DNA from: Candidatus Hermodarchaeota archaeon
Lineage (GTDB): Archaea > Asgardarchaeota > Hermodarchaeia > Hermodarchaeales > Hermodarchaeaceae
Assembly: GCA_016840065.1 (NCBI GenBank)
Contig: JAEOTB010000010.1
Span: forward strand, 1-64,000
DNA length: 64,000 nucleotides
Direction of reading: 5' to 3'
How positions within the stretch are numbered: position 1 is the first letter of the stretch; every line of letters begins with the position of its first letter. Under the pieces are notes generated by a model, which worked only from the letters and a program-made list of their open reading frames with translations, was not told the origin of the DNA and made no database searches. Positions 38,641 to 48,038 of this stretch are shown here, piece after piece. The position numbers were made by a program, and so were the translations under genes.

Positions 38641-41535
38641 TTAAACAAGATAAAGGGCTGGACGTCCAGGCAGTGCCTTAGATGCGCGGTTCTCAGGATC
38701 TTCCGATGGATTATCCGAATCTTGGATAATTACAGTAAGTCCAGTTTCGGATTGGATGAGGTCAATGCTATCGGAAAGTGCCTGTAGCTCAGTAGCTTTG
38801 TCCGCGAAAGTCCAGAAGCCACCAGCTTTAGCGACAGCTTTAACAAGTTCGCCAATATCCTTTCCTCTCTCACGATGGTCTGGATCTGACATCAATACTG
38901 GCATTAGGTCCTTGATAGTTAGAGGTTTTTGTGAGGCATGAAGTTTTGAAAGGGCATCAAACTTCCAACTTGGACTAGTGTAGATGTGTACAGTTTTTGG
39001 TTGTTTGCTTTTGAGTAAACCCTTGACTTCCTTAATGTCAGCGATTGTCTGTAAAACTACCTCAATAGCTTTCTCCACTTTTTCGTCTTGGAATTGTTTT
39101 TCAACACCTGGCCATGACTCAAGTGAAATGAATGAGATGTTACCCATTCTCTCCCAAATCTCTTCGCAAAGATGAGGAATGACTGGTGATAGAAGCTTCA
39201 CCCATCTTTCAGCTACATAGCGTAGAACTTTGTTTCGCTCAGGTTCATTGTTCTTCATTCTACGTTGGTAATACTCAACATGATTTTGGAGCTTGAAGAA
39301 AGCTTCTAGAATGTAGGTTCGGAATCGATACTGTTCTAAGGCTTCTGTGGCTATATCGATTATTGTATTGACCTTAGATAGAAGCCATCGACTCGTGAGA
39401 TTCAAACTTGCTGGCTCTAACGAAGCGAGTTCAATCTTAGTACTTGAGACAAGTGTGCGAACTAGCCGGTTCAGCCTTCGACGAATAGTAACTACTTCTT
39501 TGTCGCGCCAATCAATCAAGGTCGCTAAATCGCCTATCTGACTGATGTATAGTCGGAAAAGATCAGCAGAATAACGCTTGGGAATCTCGGCCATCGGTAT
39601 TACATTGCCCTTGCTCTTACTCATCTTCCTGCCTTCTAGAATTACAAATTCGTTCAACGTTATTGTCTTTGGCCAGTGGCGTTCAGGGAAAATGGCTGTA
39701 TGATGATAGATGAAGAAGGAAAGATGATTCGGTATGTGGTCATATGCGGTGTGGCGGTGCTCGTTTGGATACCAGTACTCAACTTCATTTCGCATAGTTT
39801 CAAGTAACGAGGGAGGTATTTTTGTTTGCTTTGCTACTTTGTCGATTTCTCCTTCTCCTAGCAATACAAAATCGAAGAATCCTTGGGTTAACTGGTCTGC
39901 CTTGATTCTATGCTCGCGTAAGTGATGGATGATAAGGTAGAAGCTCATATAGATTGTTGAGTCTGAGAGGGATTCGATTATCCAGCGCTTATCGAAGGGA
40001 AATGGTGTGCCTAGTCCGCGTCTACGGGCACAAGGTCGTTCCCCAAGCCAATCGAATGTTGTCTCAAAAAGGCGCCTATAGCTTTCAGGAAATATTACCA
40101 TCTGTTCTAAGGCTGAAGTCGCTTGTTCCTTCCATTCGGGGTCGCCGTAATTTATGAACCATTGATCTTGTAGTACTGCGACAATCGCATCAGTGCCGCA
40201 GCGGCAGATTACAGGTTTTCGATCAGGCTGGTAGAATCGAAAGGCTCGATTCTGCTCCTCTAAATATGCGATGACATCATCCTTGATTTCATTAACGCGG
40301 CGTCCGGCGAATGGTCCACAGTTGTCTTTCATGGTGCCTCCGTAATATTCAGCTTTGTATAGGATTTCGGTGGCTTCCTCTAATTTATCTGCCTCTTCTT
40401 GGCTAGTGATTTTCATCTTCTCTACAATCTCTACTGCAGGGTGTTCGCCATACCCTTCAACAGTAATTATCGAGATTGGCTGAATTGACCTAGTTGCATA
40501 GGTACCAAGCTTGAAACTTCGTATCCTCTTGACATCTGCTTGAAGGTCACGAAGCGCCGCCCAATCAAAAGGCGCATGTGAAGGGACACTGTAGACGACG
40601 CCTGTTGCATTCTCAGGGTCTACAAAATCGGCAGGAAGAATCGGAATATCTCGGTCTTCAACCGGAGATGAGCAGGATTTTCCAATGAACTTCTGTCCTA
40701 AATGTTCGGATACGTGTACTACTTTATGGCCTTGTTTGCGTAGCTTGTTTATTGCGGGTTTGGCTATATACCAATACTCCTCTCCAACTTTGATTTTTAC
40801 AATAATGCTTTTCGGGTTCACCCAGATGTTGGTCAACCCATAAACAGTTTCAGGGCGAAGAGTAGCAGCCACTAGAAAACCATCATTAAAAGGAAATTTG
40901 ATGGCTACGAACTCTGATATCTTGGCATGCTCGCCTTCTAAAAGATCATCCTCGCCTACTGCATTGTTACAGGATGGGCAATAGAGAATTGGGTAAGCAC
41001 CTTTGGTGATATATCCTCGCTTCTTCAACTTGTTGAACTGCCAAGTAACGAAGGCATGATACTCTGGGTCGTTTGTTGTGAATTTCCTCCGCCAATCAAC
41101 CGAATATCCCACCTTACGGAAGTCTCTTTCAATGTTTCCACTGAAAAACCGTGCTATGGACATGGGGTCAGTGAAAGAACCAAGAATCGTCTCAACTTCT
41201 TTCTTAGGGCGATAAAGCCTGATGTGCCCACGATACTCCTTCAAGATAGTGGGGTCCTTGTCCTGGATACGTCTAGCGACACCGAAAACTGGAGTACCAG
41301 TTACATGTGCAGCCATTGGCCAAAGGACATTGAAGCCACGCATGCGTTTGTAACGTGCAATGATATCACCAATAGTATATGGGCGACCATGACCCACATG
41401 TAGTGGTGCGTTAGCATATGGATAAGGCACCGTTATGTAAAACTTAGGTCGTTGTGGGTCTGGATCTGCTAGGAATGCCTCAGCTTCACGCCAACGCATC
41501 TGCCACTTCGGTTCAATATCCTTAAAGTCAATCAA
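38641..41535 (-). CDS. leuS: Leucyl-tRNA synthetase (archaeal/eukaryotic type)
   Basis: PYPYAN..LHVGH, AATLRPET CP1 editing motif, IESLSDSTIY, KMSKS, KALPGRPA C-terminus. Confidence 0.97.
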   Translation of the reverse strand: MIDFKDIEPKWQMRWREAEAFLADPDPQRPKFYITVPYPYANAPLHVGHGRPYTIGDIIARYKRMRGFNVLWPMAAHVTGTPVFGVARRIQDKDPTILKEYRGHIRLYRPKKEVETILGSFTDPMSIARFFSGNIERDFRKVGYSVDWRRKFTTNDPEYHAFVTWQFNKLKKRGYITKGAYPILYCPSCNNAVGEDDLLEGEHAKISEFVAIKFPFNDGFLVAATLRPETVYGLTNIWVNPKSIIVKIKVGEEYWYIAKPAINKLRKQGHKVVHVSEHLGQKFIGKSCSSPVEDRDIPILPADFVDPENATGVVYSVPSHAPFDWAALRDLQADVKRIRSFKLGTYATRSIQPISIITVEGYGEHPAVEIVEKMKITSQEEADKLEEATEILYKAEYYGGTMKDNCGPFAGRRVNEIKDDVIAYLEEQNRAFRFYQPDRKPVICRCGTDAIVAVLQDQWFINYGDPEWKEQATSALEQMVIFPESYRRLFETTFDWLGERPCARRRGLGTPFPFDKRWIIESLSDSTIYMSFYLIIHHLREHRIKADQLTQGFFDFVLLGEGEIDKVAKQTKIPPSLLETMRNEVEYWYPNEHRHTAYDHIPNHLSFFIYHHTAIFPERHWPKTITLNEFVILEGRKMSKSKGNVIPMAEIPKRYSADLFRLYISQIGDLATLIDWRDKEVVTIRRRLNRLVRTLVSSTKIELASLEPASLNLTSRWLLSKVNTIIDIATEALEQYRFRTYILEAFFKLQNHVEYYQRRMKNNEPERNKVLRYVAERWVKLLSPVIPHLCEEIWERMGNISFISLESWPGVEKQFQDEKVEKAIEVVLQTIADIKEVKGLLKSKQPKTVHIYTSPSWKFDALSKLHASQKPLTIKDLMPVLMSDPDHRERGKDIGELVKAVAKAGGFWTFADKATELQALSDSIDLIQSETGLTVIIQDSDNPSEDPENRASKALPGRPALYLV

Positions 41536-41790
41536 TTGTATGGACCTCCATTGGCTTTCGAATATGTAATTTGAATAATCTTCTGCTGCAAGTCTTTACA
41601 ATCGCAGAGGGATTTGGCATAATATCTACAAAAGAAACACGGTGTTGATTGTGAGAACGCTATCCCTCATTTCATAACACCAAGAAAAACAATAGCCACC
41701 TCTTACAAAAACCTTTCCCATTAGGTTGCTATTATTCTTACTGAGAAACACAAAAGAAGAAAAGCCTAATCCGCTTTAACCCTAGACAGA

Positions 41791-42549
41791 ATGTCTACTC
41801 TTCGATGCCCTCAATGCCACCATAGAGTCCATCCACAGGATCCGACTTGTGGGTTCTGTGGCTTTAGGTTTAGATATGATCGGTTTGAGCGGGTTCTTCC
41901 CTTTATGCGGAGACCAGAACGTCGCTGGCAGGGACGGCTTTCACTAAGGCAACGTTTGTGGTCGACACTAACTGTTCCAAGCATCGCTTTCTGGGACATC
42001 GCCCGGGACCCTGACAGAGCCGGACCGTTTCTAATATTCCTTGGAAACATTCTCTCCATATCTCTCTTTTACCTCCTGATAATAATGAAGACCACTAGTA
42101 CTGCGAGTCTTCTCTATGGCTTTTTAGGGGTCTTCCTGATATATTCTCTTCTTCATCTGGTCTACAATCTACTCTTCTACGGTATAATACACATCATTAT
42201 CCGTCTTTCAGGAAGGAAGGGGCCGTTCGGGGACACATTCATCCTTGGTCAATACTCTGCATTGCCTCTGCTGCTCGCTAATCTACTATCACTAGTAGTT
42301 CTGGCAATGTTTCTACCTTCTGTTCCAGTTTCAGAATTAATGTTCATAGTCTATCCTTACCAGTCTATCTGGCTTGTTTTCTGGATTCTCACAGCCATAG
42401 CCTCACTGTGGGGAGCAGTTCTCCTGGCATTGGGAATTCGTGAGCGCTATCATATGTCAACCAGTTTAGCATTCATGGCTACATTCACGGTAACGGTGAT
42501 AGTTGTAATGCTAGGAATATTTGCCAGACTTTCATTGCCGATTATTTAA
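41791..42549 (+). CDS. Yip1-domain membrane protein with N-terminal Zn ribbon
   Basis: CPQC...CGFCG, then L..P...FW.I, about 5 TM helices, L.GRKG.F, YSALP, W...L...GI. Confidence 0.75.
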   Translation: MSTLRCPQCHHRVHPQDPTCGFCGFRFRYDRFERVLPFMRRPERRWQGRLSLRQRLWSTLTVPSIAFWDIARDPDRAGPFLIFLGNILSISLFYLLIIMKTTSTASLLYGFLGVFLIYSLLHLVYNLLFYGIIHIIIRLSGRKGPFGDTFILGQYSALPLLLANLLSLVVLAMFLPSVPVSELMFIVYPYQSIWLVFWILTAIASLWGAVLLALGIRERYHMSTSLAFMATFTVTVIVVMLGIFARLSLPII

Positions 42550-43573
42550 TGAGAACAAGAAGCTTTAGGGGTTGAGCGAGGCTCTTATCATTAATGAAAA
42601 TTGGCTCCTTCTTCTTCACGCGCATTCGCCCGAGAATCTGGTCGTCGGATAATATTCGTCCCCGGAACATAATCTTGGGGGCTAATAGCCCAAAGGTCAT
42701 GATGAGCCTGTTCTTCAACTCGGTTACGGATTCACCTCGACCAACCGTGAATATCTCACCTTTTATCCGGAACCGATCACTGCAAAGAAAACAATTTGGA
42801 TTCAAAGCTAACTTGAGAGTGGTGAATCTCTGGTAGAGGCCATCATAGAAAAGGAAATTATCAAGGGCTTTACCAATACCCAGCAAATGCTTAAGCGCTT
42901 CTTGAAACTGAATACCAGCGATGACAGTAGCCACACTCAATAACGCAGGAAACTTGGGAGGCGGCTCCTCAGTCTTACGACGCTGACCTGGTGGAGTGCA
43001 AGCCTTCTGTAAACGCTCTTGAGGGATGAGGGGCTGACATTCTAAGCAGGGAGTCTGAAACGGAATAACCCGTTGCACATTTCCCCACCACCCAAACATA
43101 CCTCCATGGATTAGTGGTTTCTTTTTTTGTACGCAGAGGGAGTTGAGCCAGCGGCGTGCTTCGAAGTTGTCAAGCCCATCTACAATGAGGTCTACTTCGT
43201 CCCAGATGGTGTGGGGGACCTGCTGGATGGCTCTGTTTAGTGAGAGGACTTGGACATCAGGGTTTGCTGCTCGGAGTCTTTGGCCTGCTATAACCGCCTT
43301 TGGTTCTCCAATATCTTGGTCAGTGTAAAGGAATTGTCGGCTCAGATTAGACATTTCAATTGTATCGTAGTCAACAACTACTACTTTTCCTATCCCTGTA
43401 AGAACAAGATCAAGTGCAGTTATGGTACCTAGTGCGCCAACACCAGCCACGAGCACAGAGGAACGTGCCAGTTTTTCCTGATCCCAACCATCCATCAAGA
43501 GTTGCCTTGCATATCGATCAAATGTATGATAGATAGGTGGGCGCTTTTCCTCTGGCTTTGCTTGTTCTACCAC
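42542..43573 (-). CDS. Ubiquitin-activating enzyme E1 (ThiF/UBA) with C-terminal ubiquitin-fold domain
   Basis: DRYARQ, VAGVGALG, DTIEMSNLSRQFL, DGLDNFEAR, PCLEC, KACT catalytic Cys, NCFLC; GTG 43573 follows GAGGT, just after the E2 stop. Confidence 0.92.
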   Translation of the reverse strand: MVEQAKPEEKRPPIYHTFDRYARQLLMDGWDQEKLARSSVLVAGVGALGTITALDLVLTGIGKVVVVDYDTIEMSNLSRQFLYTDQDIGEPKAVIAGQRLRAANPDVQVLSLNRAIQQVPHTIWDEVDLIVDGLDNFEARRWLNSLCVQKKKPLIHGGMFGWWGNVQRVIPFQTPCLECQPLIPQERLQKACTPPGQRRKTEEPPPKFPALLSVATVIAGIQFQEALKHLLGIGKALDNFLFYDGLYQRFTTLKLALNPNCFLCSDRFRIKGEIFTVGRGESVTELKNRLIMTFGLLAPKIMFRGRILSDDQILGRMRVKKKEPIFINDKSLAQPLKLLVLIK

Positions 43574-43575
43574 AG

Positions 43576-44037
43576 CTAAGACCTCTGTATTTGGTCCCAT
43601 CCAGCATGACGGCGTATCCATTCACGGACGGTTCGTTCAAACTGCGCTGGGTTCTGTTTGACTTGGCGTGCAGCACTCTGATTTAGCGGGTCATCGGGGT
43701 TAGGGAAGTTCAAGAGATTACGCAAGGTTTCAACGAGACCAGTTAGTGAAGTGCTAGGTAACCAATCCTTTCCTATAATCCCAACACACACTCGTCCCCT
43801 ATGAATGTTAGGGTGCCATATCTTGGTTACGAATCGAACCTTTGGCGGCTCATATGGGAACGCTCGAGGAACTATAATCTGAATTACAAAGACTCCTCCG
43901 TCGTAAACCCCAGTACCAAGGATGAAGCCCTGCCAGCGTCTAAGATCGCCATTGATTGGCTGGAATGAGGGCTCCTCAGTTTCCATGCTCTTCGCTTCTA
44001 GGGCAAGCCTTGCCCAAAAGTCCTCTTCTGATAGCAT
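43576..44037 (-). CDS. Ubiquitin-conjugating enzyme E2
   Basis: YDGGVF, FPYEPPKVRFVTKIWHPNI..GRVC (catalytic Cys), W.P, PNPDDPLN. Confidence 0.95.
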   Translation of the reverse strand: MLSEEDFWARLALEAKSMETEEPSFQPINGDLRRWQGFILGTGVYDGGVFVIQIIVPRAFPYEPPKVRFVTKIWHPNIHRGRVCVGIIGKDWLPSTSLTGLVETLRNLLNFPNPDDPLNQSAARQVKQNPAQFERTVREWIRRHAGWDQIQRS

Positions 44038-44233
44038 ATATGATACGCCTCGGTGGGAAAAACGTTCCCTGACTCAGAGATTTGTCATCTGCCTTGAATA
44101 TTTTTTCGGTATAAAAATATATATTTCGGACGAAATTGCCCTCGTCTATCATAAATTTAGCATAACTTCTCGATAGAGTTGCATAATAAAGGGAGGGAGT
44201 GGCGCCCGTGAGGTGCACCATTCCTAAAGAACC

Positions 44234-44470
44234 TCAGCCACCTTCAGTTCGAGTGATGAGGTACAAAACATCCGAGTGTGTTATTCCTTCTCCCTTTATG
44301 GTCTGTTCATCGTTCATCTGATGACCACGGTAGCTTAGAACGACGATGTTCGGAGGGATGCGTCGCATCTGAGCAACCTTCCGTCGGATTTCGCCGATCG
44401 TAGTGTTCGGTTCAACCTCTAGGAAGACTGAATCGCCACCACCGATTGCAGGTCGGATTTCAATACGCAT
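44234..44470 (-). CDS. Ubiquitin-like modifier (78 aa, C-terminal GG)
   Basis: LEVEPNTTIGEIRRKV, IPP, L.Y.G.QM.D..TI, ends RTEGG-stop; between E3 and E2. Confidence 0.95.
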   Translation of the reverse strand: MRIEIRPAIGGGDSVFLEVEPNTTIGEIRRKVAQMRRIPPNIVVLSYRGHQMNDEQTIKGEGITHSDVLYLITRTEGG

Positions 44471-44479
44471 TTTAACTAC

Positions 44480-44725
44480 TCACCTTTTGACGGGTTTCAA
44501 TTTTCTCAATGGGATGCGCGAACGACAAATCGGGCAGACTCCTTTGACCTTCACCCATTCAGCGAGGTGGCCGTAATGGGCGGGGTTTCCGCATTTCGGA
44601 CAGAACACTTTGGTCTGTCCTTCGCGAATCGGTAATCCACAGACGCTGCATTGTTGCTGAGGAGTGGTCCAATCCCACGTCCCAATTTCTTTGATACGTG
44701 TGATTACGAATCTATCCTCAGTCAT
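44480..44725 (-). CDS. Small RING-finger E3 ligase
   Basis: CSVC...CPKC...H..HLAEW...CPICR; 9 nt upstream of ubiquitin. Confidence 0.88.
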   Translation of the reverse strand: MTEDRFVITRIKEIGTWDWTTPQQQCSVCGLPIREGQTKVFCPKCGNPAHYGHLAEWVKVKGVCPICRSRIPLRKLKPVKR

Positions 44726-44889
44726 TGTAGCATTCCTTGTCGTTTTCGCTTGGCTCCTCTACTAAGCGCGTTAATAAAAATCTATGCAACTAGAGCTGAT
44801 TAATTGTAGATACTTGTGGAGTGATTAATCAAAGCTTTTAAGGCTGGTGTGAGTTACCTTGAACGTGCGCTTCAGGGGCGGATAATGCT

Positions 44890-45417
44890 TTGTCAGAGGC
44901 ACCAAAGTTTAAAATTGAGATTGAAGCAATTAAGACACCCAAAGGATTAGTGCCTACTGTTGAATCTCTGAGGCGAATAGTCAAAGCGCTCAATGTACTT
45001 GACGCAGATTTTAATCGGATGAATCTTAAAATGGAGGCAAATATTCGTGCGCTCCTTCGGGAGGTAAAAACACTACAGAAGCTAGTGGCTGACGACACAA
45101 TAGCCTCCGAGTCATCTGTGGAGAGACTTGGCATCCTTGTTGAAAGAATGGATTCGCTAGAGAAGAACTTGAGAAAACGAAAGGCAGCACCTGCTGACGA
45201 CTCTACAGCCGCATCTTTGAAGGCACTAAAGCGGGAGATCACTCCTACTCTTACAAAGGCTGCTAAGCGTTTGGAGGAAACAATGGCGCTCTTTGAACGA
45301 CGTCTTGACGAGTTTCTCCGCGAACTTAAGAGTAGTATACTTCTTGCAGTTCGCCAAGCCACTTCTACATCTTCTTCTCCAAAGTCTACTTCAAGAAGGC
45401 GCTCTGGAAGGAGCTAA
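44890..45417 (+). CDS. Coiled-coil protein, first gene of the ESCRT-I/II operon
   Basis: 175 aa; beta-hairpin-like N-terminus, long heptad region, Ser/Arg tail. Confidence 0.7.
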   Translation: MSEAPKFKIEIEAIKTPKGLVPTVESLRRIVKALNVLDADFNRMNLKMEANIRALLREVKTLQKLVADDTIASESSVERLGILVERMDSLEKNLRKRKAAPADDSTAASLKALKREITPTLTKAAKRLEETMALFERRLDEFLRELKSSILLAVRQATSTSSSPKSTSRRRSGRS

Positions 45418-45491
45418 ACTCGAATTGTTGCATCCCTTGCTAAAGATTAAATTCCCGCTCTCCCTAACATGATTCGAACACAAACGTCACG

Positions 45492-46259
45492 GTGAGTTTT
45501 ATGGCACAAGCAGTGCGAAGGAAAACAGAAATGGCGATTGCTCGCGAAGCCCAGTTGATGTTCCGCAGGGCCCCAACATTCGCTCCTGTAGGCAACAATC
45601 TGCGTCGATGGCGCGGAAAAATTAAGGGTGGTCCACGTGGTAGAAAGGAATTCCTCGTTGAAATCATTGTGCCACCCAACTTCCCGGCTCAGCCGCCAGT
45701 TGCTCGCATGTTGACGCCAACGAAACATCCTCGAGTAGATAGTGAATCTGGTGCTATTCATTTACGAATCGTAACTCAATGGCAGCCTCATTATCACATC
45801 TACCAAGTTGTAAACAGTATCAAGGGCCTCTTTGCTAGAGAACCTCCAAAAGTGGATGAAACCCAAGAACCTCCAGAGGTTGAGATGCCTGAAAGCGAAG
45901 AACTTCTGCAACGACGGTATCAAAGACTGGAACGAGAAGTCTCTCAACTCACTAGGAAGATTCAGGAACGTGATGAGCAGATTGCTCGGTTGTCTGCTCA
46001 AAGAGACACACATCGAATTCCAGTGAGTGAAGCATCAGGTGAAGAAGAAATCGATGCACTAATCCTACCAAGTGATCCAATGGAACGTCAAAAACTTGAG
46101 CTAGAGAGTGAAAGGCTAGCCATTGAAGATTTGCTACAAAACTTAGAGGAGAAGTTTGAAAACGCTGAAATTACAGCCACAGAGTATACCAAGCTCTACA
46201 AGCGGTACAAGCGTCGTCTCTACCAAATCGAGAAAGCTCTTCAGGAGCTAGGTAAATAG
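45492..46259 (+). CDS. vps23: ESCRT-I Vps23/TSG101 homologue (UEV-coiled coil-steadiness box)
   Basis: E2-like fold FPAQPP..HPRVD..GAIHL with His at the catalytic Cys position; coiled coil; AIEDLL..LEEKFENAEIT..EY.K.Y steadiness box. Confidence 0.9.
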   Translation: MSFMAQAVRRKTEMAIAREAQLMFRRAPTFAPVGNNLRRWRGKIKGGPRGRKEFLVEIIVPPNFPAQPPVARMLTPTKHPRVDSESGAIHLRIVTQWQPHYHIYQVVNSIKGLFAREPPKVDETQEPPEVEMPESEELLQRRYQRLEREVSQLTRKIQERDEQIARLSAQRDTHRIPVSEASGEEEIDALILPSDPMERQKLELESERLAIEDLLQNLEEKFENAEITATEYTKLYKRYKRRLYQIEKALQELGK

Positions 46260-46282
46260 AATAAAGGCTGAGGCGAGATTCC

Positions 46283-46924
46283 ATGGCTGTACGAGAACGG
46301 CGGCGCGAGCGAAGGCGGGTCCAAGAACTAAAAGCAGATTTGTACGGGAGCATTGCAACCCTCGATAGCATCGTGAGGAAGTTCGAAGAGGGTGATCTGA
46401 ACCCCACACTCTACAAGCGTCAACTCCGCTCTTTGGTTCGAGACACAATAACAGCACGGCAGCTGCTTGAGGCAGAGGGCTCCAGTTGGGAAGAGTTTCT
46501 ACTCGAGGAACACATTACGGAAAGATTTCCCGAAGCCTCTGGAAAACTTCAGATTGCAGAACAGGCTCCTCAAGGAGAAACGCCTGAAGAATTTACGGGT
46601 CAAACTTCTGCCAAAATGGCAGCAAAAGCAGCGGACATTGTCTCTGACATAATAACCCTAATTGATATCGCCAAGCTTGGTGATGTCGCTAGGATGGATC
46701 TAATAGTTCCCTTACTTGATGATGCGATTATTCTACTCACGAAATACCCGAATTTTCCTCCTGATTACTGGATTCTCGTTGCAATAAAAGAGTGGAGGGA
46801 TAGGCTTCAACAGCGAGACCCGCGTGACAAACTCTCACCTGAAGAGGCGAAACATCTAGAATTCCAGTCGATACGCTGGTTGAATGATTTCAAAAGACGT
46901 CTCCGGGAGATGGCTACCGAGTAA
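46283..46924 (+). CDS. vps28: ESCRT-I Vps28
   Basis: RERRR...ADLYGSIATLD, Y...L..L, FPEA...L, C-terminal four-helix bundle IITLID.AKL...L.PLL...W...L..EE. Confidence 0.9.
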   Translation: MAVRERRRERRRVQELKADLYGSIATLDSIVRKFEEGDLNPTLYKRQLRSLVRDTITARQLLEAEGSSWEEFLLEEHITERFPEASGKLQIAEQAPQGETPEEFTGQTSAKMAAKAADIVSDIITLIDIAKLGDVARMDLIVPLLDDAIILLTKYPNFPPDYWILVAIKEWRDRLQQRDPRDKLSPEEAKHLEFQSIRWLNDFKRRLREMATE

Positions 46925-46945
46925 TCATGTCGAGGCCGATAGTTG

Positions 46946-47239
46946 ATGAAGGGTTCGGCGTGGTCATATGCAGAGATGCGGGAGCGGCTGGTGAACGTTA
47001 TAAACAAAGCCAACCTACAAATCAATGCCGAGTATGTCCTTGAGGACCTCGATGTCGTTGTTGCCTTCGCTCAAGCGATGCTAGGTGAAAATCACCACAT
47101 TACAAACGAGGCACAAGAATGGTATGCGTATTTCTGGGATAAGTATCGATACAACCTAGAACAACATGTAGAGGAAAATGAGGCGCGGCGTTTTGCAATG
47201 TGCGCAGAGATGTGGCTGAATCATATTCGTCGAATTTAG
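46946..47239 (+). CDS. Stand-alone Vps28 C-terminal-domain-like protein
   Basis: Colinear similarity to the CTD of the adjacent Vps28 (I..A.L, LD, EW, EA......WLN..RR). Confidence 0.65.
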   Translation: MKGSAWSYAEMRERLVNVINKANLQINAEYVLEDLDVVVAFAQAMLGENHHITNEAQEWYAYFWDKYRYNLEQHVEENEARRFAMCAEMWLNHIRRI

Positions 47240-47251
47240 GAGGAATTAGGT

Positions 47252-47989
47252 GTGTGTGGGCTTCATGAAATAGAAAAACGGGTGGAGATGGATGCCGCTT
47301 ACCGGCGGAAACGTGCAAAGCTTATGCTCAAAGAACTGGAACATATGCTCCAAACCGTAGCAGAACTCGGTAGCCAAGCAGAAAACTTCGAAAAATCTTA
47401 CGGAGAAATCCTGGAAGATATGCCAGAACTTGGCGAAAAGGTTGCAGCAATTGCCCGGGAACTTGGGATAGCTCTACCTAGTGTTTCTACACCCACTGAA
47501 GTTGAAGATAAGCCAGGGCTGTTTGAGCGCATCACAGGACGTGGGCGTTTTTACGAACAGCTAGGATTACAGATACTTGATTTAGCTAAAAGGCGGAGGA
47601 GCGAAACAGGCGGAATTATGACTCTGGCTGAAGTCGTAATTCTAGTGAATAAACGTCGCCGTCACAACGTTTCACAAGTTGATGTAGCACGTGCTATCCA
47701 CCATCTTACCAGTGCTAAACTGATTCCTGGGCTTCACAAACTCAAGTCCGGTATAAAAATCGTCGAGTTTGTACCCCGTGAATTTACTGAAGACCAAGTC
47801 ATCGTGCTTTCCCTTGCCAGCCGAACTGGCTTTACAACACTTGAAGATGTTATGACTCAAACCCGATGGAACAGAGAACGTGCACTCGCAGCACTTCAAA
47901 GCCTCAAAGAATCTGGCGCTGCGAAACTTGACGAATCATATGCTCATGGAACGCGGTACTTCTTCCCTGGGCTAACTCCTTCGGCATAA
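47252..47989 (+). CDS. vps22: ESCRT-II Vps22/Vps36 (EAP30) homologue
   Basis: GL..I N-terminal helix, FYEQLGLQI, TGGIM.L, VS..DV.RAI, VP.EF..DQ..VL, W..ERA...L..L...G...LD, YFFP. Confidence 0.9.
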   Translation: MCGLHEIEKRVEMDAAYRRKRAKLMLKELEHMLQTVAELGSQAENFEKSYGEILEDMPELGEKVAAIARELGIALPSVSTPTEVEDKPGLFERITGRGRFYEQLGLQILDLAKRRRSETGGIMTLAEVVILVNKRRRHNVSQVDVARAIHHLTSAKLIPGLHKLKSGIKIVEFVPREFTEDQVIVLSLASRTGFTTLEDVMTQTRWNRERALAALQSLKESGAAKLDESYAHGTRYFFPGLTPSA

Positions 47990-48038
47990 AAAAGACTCTA
48001 CTAGAGAGTTTTATCCAACACCAAATTCATTAAGCGTT

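Noticed and set aside
43976-44221. 81-aa ORF between ubiquitin and E2, considered as a possible deubiquitinase
   Set aside because: No JAMM motif, overlaps E2 out of frame, and the AT-rich sequence looks like an internal promoter region.
45492-46259. Second active E2 enzyme
   Set aside because: The catalytic Cys position is His and HPN is HPR; the coiled coil and steadiness box identify it as UEV-Vps23.
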